Shown piece by piece: positions 1 through 9,400 of a stretch of DNA of 64,000 bases; position 1 is the stretch's first letter, and each line of letters opens with the position of its first letter. A model generated the notes under the pieces. The model worked only from the letters and a program-made list of their open reading frames with translations, ran no database searches and was not told the origin of the DNA. Both the position numbers and the translations under genes were made by a program. The DNA comes from Armatimonadota bacterium (GTDB lineage Bacteria > Armatimonadota > UBA5829 > DTLH01), in the NCBI GenBank assembly GCA_038207085.1, contig JBBRAE010000003.1, positions 96,001 to 160,000 on the forward strand, in the 5' to 3' direction.

Positions 1-412
1 AGATCCATCCCATCTGTATATGGGTCCTCGCGGCGAGCCTTCCCCAGTAGTAGAAGAAGACGAAGATCGATACGAGCTCAAGCAAGAATGTGACGTACTC
101 CATGGCCCAACCGAGGGCGAATATACGGATCAGGTCCTCGGTGGCAAGGGGAGAGGCAAGCCCGATCGTCCACCAGATTCCAACCCCAAAGAGCGAGCCG
201 TAGATGACGGTGATGAGTAAGAAGAACCACGTGTGGCCACGCAAATAGTCAAGCAGTTCGACATCGTTATTACGGTAAGCAAGCGTGGTCTGCGCAGCGA
301 TGAGGATAGAGCCGCCGACAGCGTACATAGCTGTGTAGATATGAAGAACCGCCACAACCGCGATCCACATCGGCGAAGTCAACCCGGGAACATACCAAAA
401 TGGATAGTGCAT
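1..412 (-). CDS. Cytochrome bd ubiquinol oxidase subunit I-like membrane protein (non-canonical bd superfamily), 5' part; runs off the window
   Basis: Not in the ORF track. Hand translation from ATG at 412: MHYPFWYVPGLTSPMWIAVVAVLHIYTAMYAVGGS...LFGVGIWWTIGLASP...GWAMEYVTFLLELVSIFVFFYYWGRL, open to position 1. TM1 His and paired Glu pattern of CydA-like proteins; GGGAGG upstream. Confidence 0.75.
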   Translation of the reverse strand, partial: MHYPFWYVPGLTSPMWIAVVAVLHIYTAMYAVGGSILIAAQTTLAYRNNDVELLDYLRGHTWFFLLITVIYGSLFGVGIWWTIGLASPLATEDLIRIFALGWAMEYVTFLLELVSIFVFFYYWGRLAARTHIQMGWI

Positions 413-506
413 GGTGTAAGACACATACCTCCCTGCCCTGACCACTGCCAGGGGATTTACTGCAGAGCTATACCCACTTGAAACTCATCAATAAACAAGG
501 GAGAGA

Positions 507-2504
507 TCAGAACCGCGCCGCCGAAAACTCCACCCGGAACTTCTTCTTGGACTTGGACCACACAACAGCGGCCTCGTGCCCGGAGATCGACTTGCCAAGC
601 GCGATTTCGGTTTCGGAGTAGCTGGACTCATCGAACCGCTGGAGCGTCTCGATTAGACTCAGCCTCCAGCTTGGAGTGAGCTTGTAGGAGATATCTGCGA
701 AGCTGCTCGTGTTGACTTTGTCGAGTGTGTATGTCCCGTTGATGTTTGCCTGCCAGCGGTTGGACGGGGTGTAGTACACAGCTCCACTGAGTCTGTGCCG
801 CCCGTAGAGCCCCTGGTCGCCAACGTCGCTCGTAAACGAGTAGGAAAGCCCGACGCCACCCTTTTGCCCAAGGTTGTGCATAAGCGAAGCAGTGCCAAGG
901 ACCGAGAGCCCACTGTTGCGACTCCCCCATGAGTCACCGACTGTAAGCGAGGTATTGAGGCCGGTGTTCTTCGCGAGTTCAATGCGCTTTCCAGTCAACT
1001 GCATCTGAAGCTTGCTGCCTGATGTTGCGGTATCCTTGTTGATACCTGTCGCAAAGGCGGTTGTTGCTCGAAGAACGTAGTTCGCCGCGCCGCCCGCGAT
1101 AGGCTTTGAGTCGGTCTGAATAAAAAAGTCTGAGTTGGTGCCGAGTCCGGTCGCAGAGTTTGTGGGAGTGATTGCCCCGGATGTAGAAGTGCTGCTGGCC
1201 GCTTCAAACGTGCCGCGGTTCGCGCTAATGTTCGCGCCTACGTTGAGCCTGCCGACCGGCAGGGATATGCTGGTCGTCGCATAGGTGTTATCGAGCGATC
1301 GGAAATCGAGGAAGCTGTAGACTTGCCCTCCGTTTGCGAATTCCTGATTGTGGTGCCACTGAGCTCCCCAGTCGCCGCTCGTGATCAGGTTCAGGTTGAC
1401 CCCACCGTCCGCGCCGGACTCGCTTGTGTAGTCCTGCACCATGTCGAGCGACCAGCCCTGGTTCGCCGAGTAGTATCCCCAACCCGCCTGCTGACCGCGC
1501 CTGAGTCTGAGCGACCCGGTGCTGTTGGCCGTGAGCGAGTAGAAATACGGCAGGTCGAGCCTGATTCCGCTCGTTCCCCACCCTATGTAGCGCGACGTCT
1601 GGGAGTTGACCCCCGATAGCGGCACAACGTAAAGCGGCATCGAAAGCATCTTGTCGCCATCAACAAAGAACTTCGCGCGCCGGATGCGCAGGTCTTCGCC
1701 CGGTCGGTATATCATGCTCGACGCCAGAACGAGCATCGGAGTTTCGGACATATCAGCGAGGTCGAAATAGTTCGTCGGCACATACTCGTCGTTGGGCTCT
1801 GTGGCGAGGTCGCTTCCTCTGAAGGATACCTTGTGGACCTTGCCGTCTTCGCCGTCGACCATCGCCTGGCCCCGAGATTCGCTGAGCTTGTAGACGAGCA
1901 GACTTGCCCGGATGCTCTTATCACCTCGGCTGAGGACAATAGGCTCACCGCCTGAGGCCATCCGGCACTTAAGCGTCCCTGCACTGATGTCAATCTGGGC
2001 TTCGTCTGCCAAAAAGGCAAGGCCGCGATGGTTGATCTTCACCTTGCCAGCGCCGTAGATTATCTTGCGGTCCGAGTCGTAGGCAAGGTAGTCAGGGGAG
2101 GTTATGGTAACAAACGACTCGCGCGAAAGCGTCGTCCCGGGCTCAAGCATTTCTACCCTGAGTTTCCCGATCGCGCCGCCGTTGGTCACCCACGCGGTAA
2201 CGTTCGCTGTCCCGACAGTTGTGCCACTAGTCAGCCTGCCGCGTGCGACCCCTCTGACCGTCTCAACAGTCGATGGGATCGTCCCAAGGTCCGTGGAGAG
2301 AGTGACCAGAGTTCCATCCTCAACAGGATTCCCGGAGTTGTCGCGAATTACCACGCTGATCGTGGTGACGCTCTTGCCGTCAGCGATGATCGAGTTGGGG
2401 TTTGCGCTCAGTGTGACGCTCGTGGCGACGCCAGCCGCTACGGACATTGCAAGCGGCAACGCAACAAGGGCTATCACGAGGATGATGATCGAAGTGTTAC
2501 GCAT
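507..2504 (-). CDS. Outer-membrane beta-barrel protein, LptD-like, with N-terminal invasin/Big_1 Ig-like domain
   Basis: Signal peptide; Big_1 motif (LSANPNSIIADGKS...DNSGNPVEDGTLVTLSTDLG); OstA-like segment; LptD-like RRAKFFVDGDKMLSMPLYVVPL and GIRLDLPYFYSL; amphipathic strands; C-terminal Phe. Confidence 0.65.
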   Translation of the reverse strand: MRNTSIIILVIALVALPLAMSVAAGVATSVTLSANPNSIIADGKSVTTISVVIRDNSGNPVEDGTLVTLSTDLGTIPSTVETVRGVARGRLTSGTTVGTANVTAWVTNGGAIGKLRVEMLEPGTTLSRESFVTITSPDYLAYDSDRKIIYGAGKVKINHRGLAFLADEAQIDISAGTLKCRMASGGEPIVLSRGDKSIRASLLVYKLSESRGQAMVDGEDGKVHKVSFRGSDLATEPNDEYVPTNYFDLADMSETPMLVLASSMIYRPGEDLRIRRAKFFVDGDKMLSMPLYVVPLSGVNSQTSRYIGWGTSGIRLDLPYFYSLTANSTGSLRLRRGQQAGWGYYSANQGWSLDMVQDYTSESGADGGVNLNLITSGDWGAQWHHNQEFANGGQVYSFLDFRSLDNTYATTSISLPVGRLNVGANISANRGTFEAASSTSTSGAITPTNSATGLGTNSDFFIQTDSKPIAGGAANYVLRATTAFATGINKDTATSGSKLQMQLTGKRIELAKNTGLNTSLTVGDSWGSRNSGLSVLGTASLMHNLGQKGGVGLSYSFTSDVGDQGLYGRHRLSGAVYYTPSNRWQANINGTYTLDKVNTSSFADISYKLTPSWRLSLIETLQRFDESSYSETEIALGKSISGHEAAVVWSKSKKKFRVEFSAARF

Positions 2505-2563
2505 GAGTTAATATTACGGCTCTTCAGGCGTGAAGTCAATCGAGCAGGCGGGTATTAAATACA

Positions 2564-2597
2564 CATGCGGCGTGCGCCCGAAAGCACACGCCGCATG
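2564..2597 (-). terminator. Stem-loop downstream of the 2610-3395 gene
   Basis: CATGCGGCGTG...CACGCCGCATG 11-bp inverted repeat; weak U tract. Confidence 0.55.
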
Positions 2598-2609
2598 CGA
2601 GTCTCATTA

Positions 2610-3395
2610 TTATGATCCTGGTGGGGGGGGAGGATTATCAATACCGCCACCGCTGCTGTCGCTTCCGCCACTCAGAGCGATTCCTGCTCCAACAGCCACA
2701 AGCAATCCAACGAGCCACGTGGTCTTCTTTGACTTCTTGTGAACCACGTTATTGGTGTTGGTGTTCAGCATCTGCATGTTGGTCTGGGTCGTCGCGGTGT
2801 TGGCGACAATCTTAGCAACCGCATCGCCACTTGCCTGAGAAACCCAGACAGAGGAGTCATCGGCCTTCGTGCTCGGTGCGCTCTGACCGGTTACAACGTC
2901 GGTCTTCACGATCTCACCCGTGCTGACGTTCACCAGAGAGGCAGACACCATAACGTCGGCCTTCTTGGTATCGTTGTCAGTCGTGATGTCGTCGATCGAG
3001 CCTACAAGCACGTAGTCCGCGGCAACCTCTCGCGCGATCTTGAGCGCAAGCTGGATCTGATCCTTCTCGGTGCCAAACGGGCCGGCAAGATCTTCCTTCT
3101 TGAGGGTCTTGTCGACCTGTGTAGCCCTGCGAATGGCAGGGAGTCTTTCGGTCAGTCCAAAGGCTGTCACGCCCTTGGCCGCACTCAGTCCGGACGCGAC
3201 GCTTGAAGCCATATCCCCACCGAGAGTGTCGATAGGGCAGTTCGCAGGAGTCGCGAACGGCAATACAATAATGGTCTGCTGGATATTAGCAGACTTGCCC
3301 GAAGCGGCGAAGGTTACCGCCGGCGCGATATACATCGAGACCAGCAGCATAACCGCCACGAAGCCCGCGAAGCGGGTCTTTCGGAACCTAAGCAT
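2610..3395 (-). CDS. Secreted CsgG/HfaB/FlgT-middle-fold protein with C-terminal basic-hydrophobic-Gly/Pro tail
   Basis: Signal peptide; IIVLPF, AREVAADYVLVGSI, ASLVNVSTGEIV pattern; tail KKSKKTTWLVGLLVAVGAGIALSGGSDSSGGGIDNPPPPPGS. Confidence 0.6.
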   Translation of the reverse strand: MLRFRKTRFAGFVAVMLLVSMYIAPAVTFAASGKSANIQQTIIVLPFATPANCPIDTLGGDMASSVASGLSAAKGVTAFGLTERLPAIRRATQVDKTLKKEDLAGPFGTEKDQIQLALKIAREVAADYVLVGSIDDITTDNDTKKADVMVSASLVNVSTGEIVKTDVVTGQSAPSTKADDSSVWVSQASGDAVAKIVANTATTQTNMQMLNTNTNNVVHKKSKKTTWLVGLLVAVGAGIALSGGSDSSGGGIDNPPPPPGS

Positions 3396-3480
3396 AAGTC
3401 AAGTTCTCCTTCATCGCGGAAATCGCGAAATCGGGCCGCCTACGCCCAATGGTTTCGGCGGCCCAGTAGTATGCTAGAGT

Positions 3481-6400
3481 TTACGGCGCGCTGAGAACCA
3501 GCGTGCAGTCCTTGTAAACCTTGATCCAGTGGCCACGCCACGGATCAATGGTTGTCCTGGCAGTCCCGGGTTGAACGAGTTTGTAACCGTTTGCCGGGTT
3601 GGCGGCTCCCGCCGCCGCATCCCACATCCAGACGTATCCGGCGATCCACTTGTCTGAACCACTGGCCGACGCCTGAGCAAACGTCTTGGTCACCCCAAGA
3701 CGGGTAACAGTCGCGCTTGCGAGGGATGTCGACTGCTGGTAAGGCGAGCCGATCATGTTCCATCCCGCGACAAGGTCTATTGCGCAATCCGCGTTCTGCG
3801 AGTAAAGATCACCGGTTGGTTTGAGCAACCGATAGAGTTTGCTAAAGTCCAGCACGTCGCCAGTTGACACCGGCGTCGGCGGATCACTCTGGTCTATTCC
3901 TTCGGCAGGATAGGAAGACTGTGGCTGAATCCACATAGCCATACCCGGCAGCATGGTCGGGAACCCGGCGGCCCCGTAGGTGCGATACATCTGCGCCGCA
4001 GGATCCCAGATGTTGATTCTCATCAGTCCGACTCTGGTGGCGCCCCACATAGTGACCGCGCTACCGTCGCCCGGAATAATCGGAGAAGACAACATATCGA
4101 TAACCGGAGTACTTATGTCCGGCTCATTCTTGTCGATGGTCGCGACGACTCTTCTGTCGCCCGCCGTAGTATCGCCTCCGGAACTACCCTGAATGGTGAT
4201 CTCAGGGTCATTCACCGATGTTGTCGACTCTCCCGGGAGTAATTCAGGCCACCGCACGGAGGATTCGATTCTGCCGTCTGAAGCCTCGAAGTGGAACGTG
4301 TAAGTTCCGGCAGGAAGCGACAGATTGCTCGCCGACACGGTAAACATGCGTCCGGTTATATAGCTGCCGTTATTGGCGGGCAGCATATCGGCCGAAAACG
4401 CTCCATTGTTGAATACGACCCGGATATATCCGAGCAGCCTGTTGTGGTATCCCGGGGAGTCCCCGTCCACGTCGCTATACTTGACGTTGAACTGGAACGG
4501 CCCTGCAGCAGACCCAAGCGTCGGCTCGACAATCGGGTTAACACCATGAAGCACCGGTTCGTGATTGGGGTTCTGCGGATCGCTCTCCACAGACACCGTC
4601 GGCCCGAACTGCTCGCCGCTTAACGGGTATCGCACCCATTCAGACATCACAGGCGCGGGGGTAAGCCAATCCGGAGACGTAAGGGTAGACGCCGCCTTGA
4701 AGTGGAACTGGTGCGACCCAAGCCCAAGCTGCGGCACGGTCACTGAGTAAGTGACGCCCGCGACATAGTTCTGCTGACTTGCATCAAGCTTGAACATCTT
4801 GACTGAGCCAACTGTAAACGTGCTGCCAACGGCTAGACCGTCTGCGGACAGATCGTCGGTCATAATCGACAGCGTGTTGGTCGTATTGTTCGAGATCAGG
4901 TAGATTCGTCCGTTAAGGACACCACTTGTGATCTGCATCAGCTTACCGGCGAACTGCCCGGCAGTAAAGTTACCCGATGCCACACGAATGCCCCGATATT
5001 TGCCCATGTCAATGGGATCGGGTATCAGTGACTCAACTGTACCAGTCTTCTCCGTCTCTGCGCTGTTATCGACAAAGACCTTCGGGGTGCCAGCGTACGG
5101 AGCGTCGTTGTCCGGGTCTTTGTAGGTCACCTTGTAGGTCACCGAATCATAGACCGAGATAGCGCCGAGCACGTCGGGCTCGAGAAGTCCGTTCTCAAGA
5201 ATCGGCGGATCATTGACCCACGGCCCCTTGATAGGTTCGATCGCGGCGGTTGCCACATTGCTGTCAGCGACAACCATCGTGTAACCGTCGCTCGCCTCAA
5301 AGTAGTAGTTGTGTGAACCACTTGTGAGGTCCTTGGTCTTATACTCGTATGTCACTCCGGCTCTGTAGGAAGGAGTGCCCTGATTGATCGCATTCATATC
5401 ATAGGGGAAACCGTCGATGATAACCCGGACATAAAACGGAGCCTGTCCGTTTGGTCCGTCGGTATCTTTATATGTGACGGTGTAAATGAACTCATCTTCC
5501 GAGTCCCCGGTAAGTGGGGTGAGCCCCGGACTTGTGAGCGTCGGCGCGGTGTTCAGACCGATCGGCCCGATTGTTCCCTGACCAGCAGAATCCATAAGAC
5601 TACGGCTGGTGAAGAAGTAATCGGTGAGGAACACGTCCTCAGGGTCTTGCACCCGAACAAACGAGAACGTTCCCGTCCAGCGGTCGAGCGTGTAGTCGCC
5701 TTCGTACGCGTCTCCGTGTCTATACTTGATATAGACGCGTCCCGCGCCGTAGGGCAGCTCGCGCTGTAGGATTATGACATCGTAGATTCCGAGCGAGTAG
5801 TCATAGCCTGGCTGGTATCCGCCGGGTGTCCCGTCCTCAGCGAGGAAGTAGTTTGTGCCGGAGAGGTCTTCGTTTAGATAGACTCCAAGCACACCCGATA
5901 TACTTGGCTGGAACGCCGGATCCACCTCGTCGACTCGATACACTACAGTCGGCAGGTAATAGTTGCCTGTGCAGACATAGTCGTCTATGCGGCTGACGAT
6001 CTCGGCGTTAGCCTCGTCGCCCTTGGGCCAGCGGTACACGATCGGGTCGATCAGCGCGCCGGTCCTGACAGGCTCCTTAGCAAGCGTTCCGACGATCGGG
6101 AACTTGCTGGAATGGTAGACCTGCGGCAGGAGTGGATCGGTAGGTATAAGCGGATCCTGCATCATACATCCAGCAGACTCCGACCTCTTTTCGATGTTCG
6201 GCTCGTCCGCAGGAACGTATGTAGCCATATTCGCGCCGTCCGTAGCGACGAACGAGTATACGTAAGTGCCCGGATCGTAAGTGTCAGTATCAGGCCCCTG
6301 CGGCTCGGTCGCCGTAAGAGCTCTTTCAACATCAAGGATGCCGTGACCGTAGGCTACCGGCACCAGGTTTCCGGATTTCGGAACCCGCGCGCCCCACAGC

Positions 6401-9400
6401 ATCTTGTCCTTGACTTCCTGTGCCGACATTCCTGTCGAAAGCAGAAGAGCTGCGGCTCCCGCAACGTGCGGTGTCGCGATGGAGGTGCCCTGGATGGCTG
6501 CGTAGTCGTCTACGCCGTTTGCCCACCGTGTGCTCCATATCTGCGAGTCGGAATTATCGACAACGTCTATGTCCTCTCCACCCGGAGCGGCGATATCAAT
6601 CTCCGGCCCGTAGTTGGAGTAGAACGCAAGGTTCTCCTTCTGATTGACGGCAGCGACCGCAATACAGTCATCAAATGCCGCAGGGAAGCTGACCTGTGCG
6701 ATACCGTCGTTTCCGGCGGCCGCCACGAGGATTATACCCGCAAGGGAGAGCTCGTGGAGCTTTTCGCGCAACTCAGGGGAGCCAACTGCCCCGCCGATGC
6801 TCATGTTAACAACGTGAGCGCCTTGGGTCTTGGCGTATTCGAGCCCATCGATGATAGCCGAAGTGGGCATACCTTCACTGTCGTCAGGTTCTACCTTGAC
6901 CGGCAGAATCTTGACCCCGTCCCAACATACACCGACCACACCGAGCCCATTGTTACCCTGCGCGGCGATAATGCCAGCTACTTGGGTGCCGTGGCCGGAA
7001 AGCCCGGGAGACGGATCATCATCTCCGTCAGCTGCGTCCCATCCAGGAAGCAGCCTCCCCTGAAGGTCAGGATGAGTAGGACTTACACCGCTGTCGAGAA
7101 CTGCAACGATAACGCTTGGCTGGCCTTTCTCAAACTCCCAGACCTTGTCAGCGTTGATCATTCTAAGGCTCCAGAGTTTGTCCCAATGCGTGTCGTTCGG
7201 CTCCGCCTGCTCGTATGCCAGGTAGTCCGGAGTAGCATTCTTTACGACGGCAATGTTCCTTGATGCGTTCACCACATCCGCCACTGTCTTACCTGTGCCT
7301 ACCTTTACAAGGTAGCTGTTGGCGAGCTTCAGCGGTCGGATCAGCGTAACGCCGAGGGCGTTCAGCGCCTGATTGCGATAGGTTACCGCGTCCGTCCCGG
7401 CAGGAGGAGTCTTCAGGTGAACGATTGCCCTGCCACTCGCGTAAGCAGGTTTGCCGTTCGCCAGCGTCTGGTCAAGTGCGTTCACACCAAGGGCAGAAAG
7501 CGTTGCCGACTGCACCTCAACGCTTGCCGGAGCAGCAACAGTGCCGTAACCCTTGAGCTGGGTCTGGAAGATATACTGGCAGCCGTCGCTGTAGGTTTTA
7601 TCACTCGGGTTAGCCTTGACCATGTCATGGCCGCTGTCCCACTTAATGCTCTTGCCGTCTTCCTGGATCTCACCGACGTATACACTAACATAATTCGGCG
7701 CAACATCCCGAAGACTGAAGTAGTTCACGCCAAACTTCCAAAGCGTGGCGCTGTTGGTCGTACCGTCAGTCGACTCAACCTTGCCGTCGCGCAGTCGCGG
7801 TTTGGGGTTGTTGGTCGCGGTCGGGCCTTCAATCCAAATGCCCGTTGCCGGGAACTTGGTAATTTCACCTTCAATGCGATCGTTGGGGTCACTCTGGCGT
7901 CCCCAGTCATCGACAAACTCGAACTTGTGCCTGCGCACTCCGTGAGCCATCGTGGCGGCATCGAGAGACGCAGAGTCAAAGACATACCAGCAGCCGTCAG
8001 TATAGTCGATGTCTCTAGGATCTTCTTTGACCATATCGGCCTTGATGATCCCTGGCCCGTAACCGTAATCGGCCGTGGTGCCGGTGTCGAGGTATACAGA
8101 CGCCCGATAAGGACGCTGTCCCTGCGGATCAGTGGCAGAGGTGATCTTAGTATTCGCGTCACCCGAGATAAGTTCGGAGGGTCCGTCGATGTCCTTGTAG
8201 TTGATTCTGAACACGAACTTCTGACCGGGAGTGCCAGTCGTAGGATTCACGGTAGCGTCAGAAAGCACTACGGGGTTGTTGACATACGGCCCCGGGACGT
8301 AGTTGTTGTCCATTCCACTAAGAACGGAGAGGTCTGAGCCCGGATAATAGCCCGGCACATCCCAGTCGTTGAGATCGAAAGTCCCATATACCCAGTCATC
8401 GGGACGAGCGGGAAATATAGCCGTAGCAACACCGTCGTTAGCCAGGAAGAAGTAGGTGTGCGGGCCAGCCCCGATCTCCCTACCGGAAAGGCTGACGAGA
8501 TATTCCACGCCCGACTCGTAGTTGTAAGGCGGTGCCTGATACCTGCCGTCGTTCGTGTACTGGGCGGGTTTCATGGAATAGCTGACAAAGTCGCCATTCT
8601 CCGGGTTCAGCTGCTTGGTTGAATCGATCAGTTTGACCGGTTTGTTATTGATAAGCAGGCGTATCTCACGCGGCGGCTTGTTGTCTCGCTGATAATACTT
8701 GATACGGAAGTTGAGCGTGGTTCCAAGGGTAGCACCGGACGACTCCATGCGAAGCGACCAGTTACGGAAACCGGTGGGGTCCCAAGGTGTAGACACGCAC
8801 GGATTTACAGCACGTCGATATGGCTTGAGGGTGCCCACAAATCCATCGATCCCAGTATCCTTAGCATGACCAAAACCTTCCAGGGCAATAGTGACCTCAG
8901 GATGCTCGGTAGACGGGTAAGGGTAAGGGAACGGGTAATGAGCATACAAACCGTCGGTAGGCTCGAACCGCCCCGGCACCTTGTTGACACGATCCACCCA
9001 CAACTGCCAGTCTCTTGGTTCACTAAACTCATCTCCCCAAGTACTGTAAGTGCGGCCGGCTTTGTGCGCCATAAACGGATTGCCGTTGTCATCGACCAGA
9101 TATCTCGAATACCCCTCAGGGATCGGAACATTATCCCCTGTCCATGCCACATTGGAAGGATCGCCCTGGATTGGGGTGCTTGGGTCTATCGGGGTTCCCG
9201 ATCTCTGCCCGAAATCAAAACCCCAGAGGTCCTTGCCCAACCCATTGTAGAAAAAGAGTTGTTCCTTATCCCAGAAATACAGATGATCATCTGAGCAGGA
9301 AAAGTAGTAATGGTAATTCCCCATCAACAGGGACATATATTCGTTGGTCCACTGGGGTGTGGGAGGAAACACGCCAGCGGTGCCGGTAAGGACTCCCCAC

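Noticed and set aside
6471..6490. GTSIA instead of GTSMA as a sign of an inactive protease
   Set aside because: Catalytic Asp, His, Ser and the oxyanion Asn are all present; the residue after Ser varies in active subtilases.
6280..7550. Possible intein explaining the insertion in the giant protein
   Set aside because: No Cys/Ser-start plus His-Asn-end splicing motifs; the insert is a prodomain plus S8 peptidase.
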